From: Mustelus asterias
Lineage: Eukaryota
NCBI RefSeq assembly: GCF_964213995.1
Contig: NC_135813.1
Span: 99,262,001 to 99,326,000, forward strand
Direction: 5' to 3'
Length of the DNA: 64,000 nt
Positions 22,351-35,852 of this stretch are shown here, piece by piece; the stretch's first letter is position 1; each line of letters opens with the position of its first letter. The position numbers and the translations under genes were made by a program. The notes below the pieces were generated by a model. The model was not told where the DNA came from. It was given only the letters and a program-made list of their open reading frames with translations, and did no database searches.

Positions 22351-23319
22351 TTAAAAGTTTATCGCAGGTGGTACAGTTCTGCAAATGAATTTCTGTTGAC
22401 TCTGAAGATGCAAAGACAGTCGTTATCAACTCGGTGTGATGGTGCCTACTAATGTGGTTGGTGGCATCCAAGGTTGCATAATTGGACTTGGCAGGTAAGG
22501 ACAGCAGATTTGCATCCCTAAAGGACATTAATGAACCAGATGAGCTTTTTGGACAATTGACAATGGTCATTAGTAGGTTCTTAATTCCAGATTTTTAAAA
22601 AGTTCATATCACCCAACCATGCCTTTTTCATGTCTTGTAACATGTACCCTGGGTGAATCTCTAGCATGATGATTAGTTAGACCATACTTTTGAGCCTGTT
22701 GTCTTAACTTACCTTCAGAGCTGGAGCCACTGCATGTATTAAGGATCAACTGAGGAGAGATCTGGTAACCCCTGTCTGCAGATGTGGATTTGCAGGTGTT
22801 GGCAGAGACCAGCTGCCATGAAACTAGCCTGACATTGCCTCGTTGGTCATCCACCTCGCATAAGCTTTGGAAAATAAACTATTGCTGGAGAGAAAATAAG
22901 ACAACTGCACGAAGGCTCACTGTTGTCTACATGCCAACAGGAAATAGAACTTTTAAAAAAATGGTTAAATACATTTTTTTTTTGGCGCTTGAAGCCTTCT
23001 TCCATAAACTACTCAGTGGCCAATAATACTGTATGTCTGTTTGTATAGATAATGTTTGCACCTAGTGTAAAGGCAGGAAAATAACAGGTGGGTTTTATTG
23101 CAATGCTCCTGCAACATTATCACATTTGTAAGCTGGCTTGTGTTACAGGAGGGTGCTTCCTGTTTTTGTCCATTTGCCTGTTAGAATGCTTTGTGGTGTG
23201 AAAAAACAGTGGAAATCCAGGGTTACTCCTTTTCACACGCTGGGATACTCCTTGAACTGGTGTGCATGTGTGGTAATGGCAGGGAAGTCAGCCCACGTGT
23301 GGTAAACAACAAATTATGA

Positions 23320-24135
23320 GGCGATGGCCTAGTGGTATTATCGCTCCACTATAAATCCAGAAACTCAGCTAACGTTCTGGGGACTTGGGTTTGAATCTAG
23401 CCAATAAAAAAAATCTGGAATTAAGAATCTACTGATGACCAGTATTGATTGTCAGGAAAACCCATTTGGTTCACTAATGTCCTTTAGGGAAGGAACTCTG
23501 CCGTCCTTACCTGGTCTGGCCTACATGTGACTCCAGAGCTGCAGCAATGTGGTTGACTCTCGACTGCCCTCAGAAATGGCCTAGCAAGCCACTCAGTTGT
23601 CACCGCCACCTTCTCAAGGGCAACAAGGGGTGGGCAATAAATGCTGGTCAGCCAATGACGCCCATGTCCCATGAATAAATTTTTAAAAATCATGGATTTC
23701 CCCTTTTTAATAATCTTTTTCACAAAGACTCAGTATATAGGGGTGCAGTGGTATTGTCACTGGACTAGTAATCCAGAGACCCAGGGTACTGCTCTGGGAC
23801 CCCGGGTTCGAATCCCACCACGCAGAAAGTGAAATTTGAATTCAGTAAAAATCTGTGGTTAAAAGTCTTTAATGATGCCCTTGAAACCATTGTCGATTGT
23901 TGTAAAAACCCAGCAGGTTCGCTAATGTGCATCAGGGAAGGTAATCTGACATGTGACTCCAGATCCACAGCAATGTGCTGACTCTTAAATACCTCTGAAA
24001 TGGCCTTACCCGAGTCCAACGCCGGCATCTCCACATCATGGCCTAGCAAGCCATTCAGTTCAAGGGCAAATAGGGATGGTCAATAAATGTTGGCCCAATC
24101 AGTGACACCATAACCCATGAATTTTGAAAAAATGA
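23320..24135 (+). mobile_element. Two tandem tRNA-SINE family 2 copies (23320-23690 and 23740-24135)
   Basis: Both match 7897-8250. Confidence 0.8.
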
Positions 24136-24441
24136 ATGTTTTTTAATGTCAGTAATATCTGCTACCAATTCCCTGAACATCTGAAAACACACATAGTGGT
24201 AGACACTCTTGTTAACTAATCTTGACCTAATATTACTATGTAATCAGATTAAGATGACTGAAACATAGCGGACAACTTCTTACAACTAGTGATGAAGTAC
24301 ACCTGCTTGTTTAATTGGATCTGAAAATGTGTGTTGTGTGAGGTCAAAGTTAGTGAAACTAGTTGACACCTGATTAGTTGGTTATGACTTGGATTGAAAT
24401 TGAGCCATTGTGACTTTTTAACTTTCTAATTCTTCGTGTAG

Positions 24442-24945
24442 GTTATAGACATGACGGGAAAGGAGCAGAAAGTCTATTACAGTTACAGTCAGATGAACCA
24501 GAAGCATGATATTCCTGATGACACGCAGTCCCCAGTTAAAGATGCCAAGTCAGAGGGCTTTTCCCTCCCCGAGCTGGAGCACAACCTGCAACTGCTCATT
24601 GAAATGACCGAGCAAGAGATCATCCAGAATGATCGTCAGCTGCAGTATGAGAGGGACATGGTGGTCAACCTCTCCCATGAGAATGAGAAGCTCTCCGAAA
24701 TCCTCGCCCATGAGGATAAGATCATAGACAAGCTCAGCAGCATCTTACAGATTGTGGAGGACTGTGAGAAGAGACTTCAGCCGAACTGTGACAATCCATT
24801 GACCCTGGAAGAATGTGCAAAAATCTTTGAGATGCTGCAGGAGAAATATTTTGAGGAGTACAAAATGTTTGACCTTGCAGAGCTCTCCATTGCCATTGTA
24901 TTTCCACTGCTGAAAGAATACTTTAAGACTTGGAATCCTTTGCAG
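24442..24945 (+). CDS. TFIP11: TFIP11 coding exon 6 ([15 protein letters not shown]...[12 protein letters not shown]...WNPLQ)
   Basis: VIDMTG and PELxHNL motifs; 504 nt; GTAAGG donor. Confidence 0.97.
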
Positions 24946-25420
24946 GTAAGGACTACCACCACAAACGTGAGTAATTATCATGCCCATCATACCCATTATG
25001 GTCCTGGGCAACACACTAGGATGATCATTGGTTTGAAGTCCCCATTGCCTATGGGGCTAACAAGAAAGGGAAATCAATCCAATTTCACCTTATTGTCCAT
25101 ACAGGAATTCATTTTGAGTACATAGCTCGTTCATTAAAACAAAATTATTTATAAATTAAGATAACATTCAAAGGAAGAAAACCCCATCACGAAAATCTAA
25201 CTGATTAAAATATATTAAAGTCTATTCTAGTACGTTAAAATAATCAGCGAGTCTCACCCTGAGTTCATATCCTCATCCATTCATCAAACTCCTATTAAAT
25301 GTTAAAAGGCACAAACGAGTTCAAGAACCGATCTGTCCTGCATCTAAGGGACTGTAGCCTTTTCCCTGAACGCAACCAGCAGTAATAATGAGACCAGGAT
25401 GATTTTCACTGTTCATAACG

Positions 25421-26132
25421 CTCTCTTCTTTATTTTCTACAGTGACTATATCAGAAAAAAAATTCCAACAAGTCAAGTCTAGTATGGAGCATCCCCTCTC
25501 TGTTGGAGGCTCATTTAATCTGAGGTCTAGAATTAAGTTTTATCAAAATTCTTTGAGAACAGGTTTAATCAAGAAATACCCTTCCTGGCTCAATACTGTA
25601 CCCTTCAAAAGTTTACTTTCCTGAGACAACACTACCAGGACAGATATCCAAAAAGAATAGTACTCTCAACCGCAGCCATACAAAAGAATTTTGTGATTGT
25701 AGGATCCACTTAAAATCAGTTAGTCTTCACACTTTTGTGATTGCTGTCCAGCATCTCTTGGTGAAAGGTGTGTCTACACTGATGTTTAATGAAGACAGGA
25801 TGCATGGTGAAAAACGTGGCAACGCTCACTGTCAAGATTCACATGGTGGAGGAAGGTTAATGAAGTCAGCCAGCAGAGGAATGCCATTGACTGAGAGTCC
25901 GTACACCAAAAAGGTCCCGTATTTTGCCAAATATAATCAACGTAGGACTGAATATATTAAATTCCATTCCATGCCTTTCCTTGCCTTGAGCACTTGGTAA
26001 TGTAATGCGATAAAACTTAATTCTAGACCTCAGATTAAATGAGCCTCCAACAGAGAGGGGATGCTCCATGCTAGACCTGACTTGTTGGGATTTGTTTTCT
26101 GATATAGCCACTGTAGAAAATAAGGAAGAGAG
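25421..26132. repeat. Inverted repeat with ~124-bp arms (25421-25544 and 26009-26132)
   Basis: The same peptide SSMEHPLSVGGSFNLRSRIKFY appears on both strands in the ORF track; the arms differ by several substitutions. Confidence 0.9.
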
Positions 26133-26214
26133 GGATCCATCCCTCATAGTGATGAACTGAGCACAATGTGGACAAAAGCTGGAGTAATCTGCGTCGTTTC
26201 TTTTCTTCATTTAG

Positions 26215-26321
26215 GATAACAATTATGGCTTAGACGTCATGTCCAAGTGGAGGAAACTTCTAGAGCGAGACCAGCTGCAGCATGGAGGGTGTGATGTGTT
26301 GTCGTTGGACCCCTACCACAG
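26215..26321 (+). CDS. TFIP11: TFIP11 coding exon 7 (DNNYGLDVMSKWRKLLE...DPYHR)
   Basis: GCFC domain; ttag| and |gtaaga splice sites; phase 0 to 2. Confidence 0.94.
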
Positions 26322-27055
26322 GTAAGAATGAATAATCAAAACTTTTAGAGTGATAATTAGAAATGTTGATTGCTTTCAGGTTGTGAAGGTAAACTGGACT
26401 TCACACACACTTTATTTCAGCCAGTTCAAGACTCTTATGAGTCAGAATCAGAATTAAAGGAAGAGTAGTTCCTCAAATTAGCACATTAGACTGTTCCAGG
26501 TTTGATTCTCTGCTCTAGACTTAGCTGAGCTGCTGCAGATACCAGTTCTCCTTCAGATGGCCAACAATTTGATTACCATTTGGATCCCAGCCCATGAATA
26601 GGCATCATTACATTGCTGGAGACAGACGAGGTTGTTGAGACACTGGATTGACTAAAAATTGATAAAGCGGAGGTATTAGAAAGGCTGGCACTATTTAAAG
26701 TTGATAAGTCACCAGGACTGGTCTCTGAACTCAGCTTCCACTGTATTTCAAGTTGTTTCAAAACTGTTCAGCATAAAATCCAGAATTATTTCTCTACACA
26801 AGATTAAAACCGCTTTCATCATGCAAGAGTTAGCCTAATATCTCCTTACGTGGCTCAGTGTTAAATGTTGTTTGAACACATGAAGCACCCTGAGATGTTT
26901 CATTATATTAAGAGAATGAAGATGGAGGAAGGAAGGGAGAGAAATTGAGGAGGGGCTGGAATATGAGTGTTTTACAGTGTGTTGGAAAACTTGGTCTTTG
27001 GGTTGAGTGAACTATTCCCAGTCCCTATTTTTTTTTCCCCTTTTCACATTCTCAG

Positions 27056-27224
27056 GTTGATGTGGGAGGTATGGATGCCATATGTCCGTAATGTTGTATC
27101 CCAGTGGCTGCCCCGGAATTGTGCTCCTATGGTAGATTTCTTGGAGAACTGGATGCCTGCAATCCCTCTCTGGATACTGGACAATATTCTTGAACAGTTG
27201 ATCTTTCCTAAATTACAGCGTGAG
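27056..27224 (+). CDS. TFIP11: TFIP11 coding exon 8 (LMWEVWMP...[18 protein letters not shown])
   Basis: GCFC domain; splice sites and phase consistent. Confidence 0.96.
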
Positions 27225-27276
27225 GTAGGAGCCATATCTTATTAATGTTACAAGGCATGTTTGCATATTTTGCAGG

Positions 27277-27560
27277 GTGGTGCAGTGGTTAGCACTGCTG
27301 CCTCACAGCACCAGGGACCCAGGTTTGATTCCCTGCTTGGGTCACTGTCTGTGCGGAGTCTGCACATTCTCCCCATGTCTGCCTGGGTTTCCTCTGGCTG
27401 CTGCAGTTTCCTTCCACAGTCTGAAAGACATGCTGGTTAGGTGCACTGGCCATGCTAAATTCTCCCTCAGTGTACCCGAACAAGCACCGGAGTGTGGCAA
27501 CTAGGGGATTTTCACAGTAACTTCATTGCAGTGTTAATATAAGCCTACTTGTGACACTAT
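27277..27560 (+). mobile_element. V-SINE with tail B
   Basis: Same structure as 16217-16490. Confidence 0.85.
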
Positions 27561-28064
27561 TGAAGTAAGCTTTAAAAATATTGACTTCAACTTTCAAAAT
27601 GTTCGAGTTTATTAAAGAACAAATTATAAACCACAAGAAGGAAAAGAAAATGAATAGAGAAAAAAAATGAAATAGAGCAAAGAAAATGCCAGAAACATCC
27701 AAAGTGGAGGAATGGGAAGCGAATAGGAAAAGGAAGAGATAATCGGGACAGATAGGAGTCGAGAAGAAATTGGATAGAAAAAGTCAGAACATAAATGGAG
27801 CATGGCAAAGTGGGAAAGGCTCATTAAGGTACCTTTAATTATCTGGTTCCATCAGGTTGCCAAGGAGGTGACCTTATTTCAATAACCAGCAGTTGTCAAG
27901 GAACTGGAGAAGGGGTAGAAGAAAATATTGGGGATTGGAAGAACAATTAGCCGAATAACTACTGAGAAAGGCCTCGTGCAGCATCAAGAAAAGGCAAAAA
28001 TCAATAAAAGGTACGTAACTCCAGCCCCCATCACTCATCAGACAGACCTCTGTGTTCTTTTTAG

Positions 28065-28308
28065 GTTGAGAACTGGAATCCGCTGACAGACACAGTGCCA
28101 ATCCACGCCTGGATTCACCCATGGCTTCCACTGATGCAGATGCGCCTGGAACCCCTGTATTCACCCATCCGCAACAAACTTTCCAATGCATTGCAGAAGT
28201 GGCACCCCAGTGACTCTTCTGCAAAACTGATCCTGTTGCCCTGGAAGAATGTGTTCACACCAGGATCTTGGGAAGCTTTCATGTTGAAAAACATTGTTCC
28301 AAAGTTAG
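28065..28308 (+). CDS. TFIP11: TFIP11 coding exon 9 ([22 protein letters not shown]...KNIVPKL)
   Basis: [19 protein letters not shown] motif. Confidence 0.97.
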
Positions 28309-29339
28309 GTGAGAAACTGTATAAATATAATTTATGTCGCAATTTAAACAGTTTTATTCTACTTTTTAAGATACTGGCGCTTTGTACTGTACAACTCTGC
28401 AGATGCCAATTGCCATTCAGCACCTTAATCAAGTTTGCTAATATCTGTGTTGAGCCAAGATTGAGTTTCAGCAGGTTAATTGACTATCAGGGATCATCAC
28501 AACCAAGTCACTTTCCGGTTGGTCCCGACATCCGCAAATATGCGCTTACCAACAGAAGTTATTAGATAGAGAGCTGAGTGTGAACACGAGCTAGTTTTTT
28601 TGCCCTTAACTTAGGGATGCAGTGTGAATATGTAAATAGGGACAGACCAGTTTGGCCCATAATTCCTCAATATCTTTGTGAAAGTTAGTACATATCTTTC
28701 TTTTAAATACTTTCCACTGATTTACAATTATGGCAGTTATTTCAAATTGTCACAGTCCTTTTTTTTTGCACAGAAGTTATTATTTGATTCACTATTAACA
28801 TTATTAGCCCTTTGTTCTGAATTCCCTCCCTATTAAATTAATTTCCTTCACATTTCCAACATGTTGATCAACCTTTAAACTCCTTATCTCCAGGTAATAC
28901 AACCCAGTTTTACCCAGTCATAGTTCAATATAGATACTGTCTTGATCAGCCATCACTGAACTTTCAGAAGGTGTGTGTTGGAGATCATGGGTCGCGCATC
29001 ACGGGATGTTGTAACTGTGGGGTCTCAGTTGTGTGGAGGGGTGATGGTCGGCTTGTTGGGCCAGTGGGAAAGTAAAATCAGCGCTGGAAAAACATTTAAT
29101 TTTTCTGTCCAGCTGTTGTCGCATCCTTTGAGTTGCTGGGTTCCCTGAGGCTTGGGGAAATCCAGCTGACCAGCGTTAAAACTGTAAGAGAGCGAAAGTT
29201 GGAGGCACGTGGTCTCATTGAAATATTTAAATTAGGGGCCACTTCCTGAACACAGGTTAATTGCTCACGCCCCCAGCGCACCTCTTTAAAACCAGAGATT
29301 GGGGTCAATTTTCTTTTCTTTTTAATTCTTCGTTATTGG

Positions 29340-30100
29340 TGGGGTTCCAAAATGACCATTGCATTTGATACACATCATACACTCCATTCCCTACACACCA
29401 ACTCTATCACTCTCCCTGGCCACTGTCTGAGGCTAAACCGGACTGTTTGCAACCGTAGTATCCCATTTAACCCTGAGCTGAGCCTCCAAACTTCATAATC
29501 CTCTCCCATTAGTGACTGTCTACTTCCATTGCTATCACATCGCCCGTCTCTGCCCTGCTTCAGCTCATCAGCTGTCGAATGCCTCACCAATACCTTTCTT
29601 CTCTCTGGACTTGGCTATTCCAATGCTCACTTGGGCAGTCTCCCACTGAACACCCTCAGTAAACTTTGAGTTCATCTAAAACTCTACTGTCCAAATCCTA
29701 ACTCACCGCGAGACTTTCTCTGGTCTGCACTGTCTCAGCTTTAAAATTGCTTTTTTTGTTTTCAAATCCCTTCATGACCTGGCTCATTTTATATCCGTAA
29801 CTCCTAGAGCCCTACAACTCAGCATGATATCTGTGCTGCTCCAATTCTGACCTCTTGTACATCTCTGATTTACATCGCTCCACCTTTTGTGGCCCTAAGC
29901 TCTGGACTTTCCTCCTGAGGCATTGCTACCTTTCTCCCTCCCTGTAAAACATTAGTTAAAGGCCACCTCTTTTTGACCAAGCTGTCCTGACACCTACATA
30001 TGTGGCTTAGCATCAAATTTTTGTTTGATAGCCACTCTTTTGAAGTTCCTTGGATCTTTTCACTATGTTAAAGGAGCTTTACAAATACAAGTTGTTATGT
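29340..30100 (+). mobile_element. Degraded L2-like LINE 3' fragment
   Basis: Decayed L2-type C-terminus (LDY.N.LL-like and FKSLHDLA-like) and 3' tail. Confidence 0.6.
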
Positions 30101-30504
30101 ATCCAATTTCTTGCCAAAATCATAGCAGCTGTATTTAAAAGGAAAAATTCTCCTCTCACCTCTGGTTCTTTTGCCAATTATCTTAAATCCGTGTCGTCTT
30201 GTTACCAACCCTCCTGCCAGTGGCAATATTCTCTCTATTTCTGCTTTGTTCAGACTGATTTGAGCATCCCATGTGCCTTGTTGGGTTGAAGGAATGCTGC
30301 TTTAGGAAACTATCTGCATGCATCCCACTGTTAATTTGTCACAGGAAGCAAATTACAAACCACTCCCATTCACCAGCATTCCTTGTAACTATTTCATTTC
30401 TTTTTGAGAAATTTTATTGGTGAGACTCTGAGTTATTTTAATTATTTTTAAGGTTATTGTTTTGATAATATTGTGGCAGACTGTCTTCTAGCAGGTTGAT
30501 TTCA

Positions 30505-31155
30505 CTGAGTGACTTGCTAGACCACTTTGAAGGCAGTCAAGAATCAATCTTAAATTGAAGAGATGATGGCCTAGTGGTATTATTAACTCCGCTAATCAGA
30601 AACTCAGCTAATATTTTGGGGACCTGGGTTCGAATCCTGCCACAGCAAATGGTGGAATTTGAATTCAGTAAAAAATATCTGGAATTAAGATTCTTCTGAT
30701 GACCATTAAACCATTGGTTGTCGGAAAAAACCCATCTGATTCACTAATGTCTTTTAGGGAAGGAAATCTGCTGTCCTTATCTGATCTGGCCTACATGTGA
30801 CTCCAGAGCCACAATAATGTGGTTGCCTCTCAACTGCCCTCAGGCAACTAGGGATGGGCAATAAATGCTGGCCAGCCAGTGACGCCAACATCCCATGAAT
30901 GAACAAAAAGAAAACCCTTTTAGTTTTCTGTCACATATGGGATGGCAGATTTCCTTCCCTAAACGAGCATCAGTGAATTAGTTGGATATTTAAACAGTCT
31001 GACAGCTTCATGGTCACTTTTACTGTTAGAATTTTTTTTTATTGACAAATTTAATTAAAATGAAGTTCAAATGCTCAAACTGGGAATTGAGAATCCTCTG
31101 GATTATTCTTGGAGGACTCTCAGTTACTAGTTCAGTAACATAACCATTGCACTAC
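30505..31155. mobile_element. Family-2 SINE (+, ~30562-30910) nested in an older antisense related SINE
   Basis: Antisense pieces at ~30505-30550 and ~30930-31155 flank the sense copy. Confidence 0.65.
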
Positions 31156-31413
31156 CATGTTCTTGCAATTGTTGACCATTCTGGTTTAAAGCTGCATGTG
31201 TGAGTGCTGTCATTGTAGCTAAACATCCAAACTTACCACTAATCTCCTCGCTTCAAAAATGCCCATTTACAAAAAAAGAGAAAATTAATAACACAAAAAA
31301 TTAAGGTGGCTTTTTAGAGAGCCTTTCCAACTTGAAATTTGACACTGGGTGGCTGTTGCTAACTCCTGACAGGGATATGTTTCAGAGTTGTGTTTGTTTC
31401 TGATCTCTGACAG

Positions 31414-31556
31414 GGATGTGTTTAGCAGAGTTTGTGATCAATCCTCACCAACAACACATGGATACCTTCCACTGGGCGATGGACTGGGAGGACATGATCT
31501 CACCTTCCAGCCTCATAGGACTGCTTGAGAAAAACTTCTTCCCAAAATGGTTGCAG
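31414..31556 (+). CDS. TFIP11: TFIP11 coding exon 10 ([16 protein letters not shown]...FFPKWLQ)
   Basis: INPHQQ and FFPKW motifs; GTGAGT donor. Confidence 0.96.
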
Positions 31557-31848
31557 GTGAGTCTTGTGATGACCGAGCTGCAATATGTCAACTTCCTACT
31601 TTTCTCTGTCTCAGTCATTGGTACGTTTGGCAGTAGAACTTTGTTTACTGTTCATTGGAACAAATTGGAAGGATTGAATTATTAGAATTGTATGCAAAGA
31701 GGGGAAGCATGAAATGGTTTATACAATTCATTGTCATTCCTTCTTTTAGCTTCACATACAACTTACTTCTTCACTGCTTAATGCAACTTTTAATATGTGA
31801 CCTTTATTCTCCTTTGAATTCCCCAAATTACCCCTTTCTCCTGTCCAG

Positions 31849-32014
31849 GTGCTATGTTCTTGGCTCAGTAACAGTCCCAATTATGAAGAGGTCACTAAAT
31901 GGTACTTGGGCTGGAAGTCCATGTTTTCTGACCAGGTATTGGCCCACCCAACGATCAAGGAGAAGTTTAATGAAGCCCTGGACATTATGAATCGGGCTGT
32001 CACCTCCACAGTTG
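31849..32014 (+). CDS. TFIP11: TFIP11 coding exon 11 ([26 protein letters not shown]...MNRAV)
   Basis: [14 protein letters not shown] motif; GTAAGC donor. Confidence 0.96.
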
Positions 32015-32934
32015 GTAAGCATCTCTTGGTTTTGTTACTTCTGGATGTTCTCCGGAAGGTGAGGATGGGAAGAGCACATATTTGGGAATGGAAAGAAAGA
32101 TGGAGACACGAAAATGACTAGTAAGAAAGAGAAAAAATGTGCCTTATATGTAGCAAAGAGTTCAAGAAAGGAAAAGCAAGGATTTTGAAATCCTTTCAAA
32201 GGAGTAATGCAGTCGTTGTGACTTGTCCCAATGTCCTTTACAACCAGTGAAGTACCTTTAAAGTGTATTTTTGTTGTAATGTTTGGAAGTGCAGCAACCA
32301 ATATGTGCACAGCAAGGTCCCACAAACAGCAGTAAGATATATGACTTGACAAATCTATCTTTTCCATATTATTCAGGAATAAATATAGCTTGGTTCAGCC
32401 CCTTTGGTGCTTTTAAAATGCATCGTTAACACTTTTAAAAGCATCAAACCAACCTAACATTAGTTTTCAGTTACCACTTTCTTCATGTGGAGGTGGAATT
32501 CCCTAAGAGGGTTTCTTGCACTAGGTGGGGAACACCCTACAAGGCTGGTGAAACCAGGCCCTGCTGCCACAGACTCAATGCTCCCACACCTTGTAACTAC
32601 ACTCCTGACTAATTCATAGACATTGAGGCCACCACTACAATACCCCCTACCCATGCTTTATACCTCGAGACCAATCTCACCATGCCATTACCCCAATACA
32701 GTTGTGTTCTGTAGCAGCAACCTATCTGTATCCTGGAACATCTTCCCTCCCACCTTCCTCTGCACCTCCACTAGTAGGACTGTATAGTTACAGCATAACC
32801 AGTTTGCATTGGATAGTTTCATGATAAAAGAAGAGATTTTATAATGGAAAATCTAACAGGAAGTGTGCACAGATATAAGATTTTAATATGTTATAGACAT
32901 AAAAACATCTTACAAACCATTAATAATTTTTTTT

Positions 32935-33535
32935 AAATGTATTTACGAGATGTGGGCGTTGCTGGCCTGGCCAGCATTTATTGTCCATCCCTAATTGTCC
33001 TTGGACGGTGCTGGTGAGCTGCCGCCTTGAAACGCTGCAGTCCCTGTGATATAGGTCCACCCACAGTGCTGTGAGGAAGGAGTTCCCGTATTTTGACCCA
33101 GCGACTGTAAACAAACGGCAATATATTTCTAAGTCAGGATGATGACTGACTTGAAGGGGAACTTCCAGGTGGTGGTGTTCCCATGTGGCTGCTGATCTTG
33201 TGCTTCTAAATGGTAGTAGTCATGAGCTTGGAAGGCTCTGCCAAAGGAGCCTGGGTGAGTTGCTGCACCGCATCTTGTAGATGGTACACACTGCTTCCAC
33301 TGTTCGTTGATAGTGGAGGGAGTTAATGTTTGTTGAAGTGGTGCCAATCAAACAAGCTGCTTTGTCCTGGGTGGTGTCGAGCTTTGTTGCTCGAGCTGCA
33401 AGGCTTTGGAGAGTCAGGAGGTGACTTACTTGCTGCAGGATTCCCAGCCTCTGACCTGTTCTTGTAGCTACAGTATTTTTATGGTTAGTCCAGTTCAGTT
33501 TCTGGTCAATGGTAACCCCCAGGATGTTGATACTC
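32935..33535 (-). mobile_element. CR1-like LINE family 2, 3' fragment
   Basis: Reverse-complement match to ~56820-57481. Confidence 0.8.
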
Positions 33536-34043
33536 AGTAAGTTCCGGAGCCATTAGACCAAGAAAGTCCTAGGTTTGACCCCCATTCAGGGATGTGTTAG
33601 CTGGTTTCAGCCAAGATTGCACTATGGGTGCTATAGAGAGCCTCAGGCCTATGAATTGACAAGAGTACCTTTTCCCTGATCCACAGGCCTCTGCTGTAGG
33701 TAAGGTAACGGATGGCTTGCAGAATTCAGAAGTGCAGTTTGGTGTGAAAAGATCTTGGCGTTGCAAAGCATGCTTGTAAAATTTGGTAAATGTTTGAGCT
33801 TGTTTAAGTTGTAACAAACCTGTATTCTTACACTGTTCACTTCAATGTAATTCTTGGCAACTTATTTCCAAGTTTTGTTAGCTTCTGGGCGGAAAACAAA
33901 ACTTTCCTCTTTCTGTCTTGACCAAGTTTTAATGAGTGTGCCCGGATAGTTAAAACCTTCACTATGGTATGCAATTAGCCAAGAGGAATTTTGTCAATCC
34001 TTGGATGTAGAGTAAAGGATTTTCTTCTTTTATTTTTAAACAG

Positions 34044-34399
34044 GTGGTTACATGCAGCCAGGAGCTCGGGAGAACATTGCATACCTCACCCACACGGAGC
34101 GCCGGAGAGACTTTCAGTACGAAGCAATGCAGGAGCGCCGTGAGGCTGAGAACATGGCACACCGTGGCATTGGTGTCAGCTCAACCTCCATACCAATGAA
34201 TTTCAAGGACTTGATCCAGGCAAAGGCCGAGGAGCACAATATTGTCTTCATGCCTTTGATGGGCAAACGCCATGAGGGGAAACAGCTCTATACCTTTGGG
34301 CGGATAGTTATTTACATTGACAGAGGGGTTGTTTTTGTACAGGGAGAGAAAACGTGGGTGCCAACATCACTTCAGAGCCTCATTGACATGGCTAAGTAA
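34044..34399 (+). CDS. TFIP11: TFIP11 last coding exon ([14 protein letters not shown]...[10 protein letters not shown])
   Basis: Conserved C-terminus [10 protein letters not shown]; total CDS 2493 nt = 830 aa. Confidence 0.97.
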
Positions 34400-34699
34400 C
34401 ATGCAAACAGGAGATGCAGCAATGTGTTTCTCTCTGCTTTCTGTTCTACTCTTTCATTCCAGTGACTGCAGTTATACAAGAAGACTTCACCTGTTTATTC
34501 AGAGTTGGGGTGACTGAGGAAGAGACTTTAACAGTGAGGAGATCTTCACAGCTCTGTTTGACTCTTATTCCCTAACCGAGATCCTTACTCAATGACTGAT
34601 TCCAATATTTGTTTCTTAAGGAGTCCCACTTTGTTGTGTGTTGTATTTTTAAAAACCTGTAACATTTTCTGTTTCTTGTAAGATCTTTTATTTATGAAC

Positions 34700-34705
34700 A
34701 ATAAA
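34700..34705 (+). terminator. Likely TFIP11 polyadenylation signal AATAAA
   Basis: First AATAAA after the stop codon (~300 nt), with a U-rich upstream tract. Confidence 0.65.
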
Positions 34706-34911
34706 CCCAGGAGTTTGGTGTCATAACAGTATCAACATCAATGTTTTAATCTCAGTAAAATTATCAGATGTTAAACAGATAAGGATCATTAAGCCAGAGT
34801 CGGTTATTATTGGAAGCAATGGAGTGAAGGATGCCAATGACATGTAACACTATCTCCTCATGTCAGGAATCATGCTCCCTGTAAGTATGCTGCTGTCTTT
34901 ATTGTTATTTG

Positions 34912-35337
34912 AGGAGTTTGCACGTTCTCCCCGTGTCTGTGTGGATTTCCTCCGGGTGCTCCGGTTTCCCCCCACAGTCCAAAAATGTGTGAGGTAGGTG
35001 GATTGGCCATGTTAAATTGCCTACCATTATCCAGGAGGCTGAGTCACTGACGCCAATGCCTTGAGTTGGCTACGATTAACAGACACTTGTCGTACCCACA
35101 ATGGAAGAGACGGTAATCATGAACTTTTTCAAAACTCTCCCAGTGGCTGCCAATAATATTCGGCTGTGGAGGCAAAATTACCCATTCCTGAATGAACCGG
35201 AGCACCTGGAGGAAACCCATGCAGACACAAGGAGAATGTGCAAACTCCACACAGACAGTGACCCAAGCCAGGAATCGAACCCGGGTCCCTGGAGCTGTGA
35301 AGCAGCAGTGCTAACCACTGTGCTACCGTGCCGCCCC
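34912..35337. mobile_element. Two facing V-SINE fragments (+ 34912-35020; - 35195-35337)
   Basis: V-core present on both strands. Confidence 0.75.
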
Positions 35338-35852
35338 CTGGAAAGGCAAGTTGAGGGAGACTTGTGCACTTGCAGATTTTTTCCATCGATTTTCTCTTTG
35401 CCTGCAATATTTGCACCTTACTTTAAAGTCCTTTCATTGCCTGTCTGACATTTTCTATCACCTAACAATTTTTTATTAAATAGTCTCATAATTTAATTCC
35501 TTAACTCCCTCTCTGTGATTGGAGTTCTGCCCCTCTCAATTTTTCCTAACTGTATTAAAATGCTTGTAGTTCTAGTGAATGTATGCTTGTGGAAGTTTAA
35601 CTTGTCTTTTGCTGTTTTCAGATGCTGAATGACCTGTATATCTCCAGCACTTTCTGTATATTTCAGGAGATCCTGTGATGTGCTAGGCTGTAGGTTTTGC
35701 AGAGTGCACTTTTTCTGCACAGTTTCTGAAGCAAGTTGAGGGAGACAGTGCAGACTATTCCAAACATTCCATGTAGAATATGGGAGGTTGTTGTAAACTT
35801 CCTCGAGTTCCCTTTGATTTCACAGAATCATGGGGACTTTGTTTAAAATATA

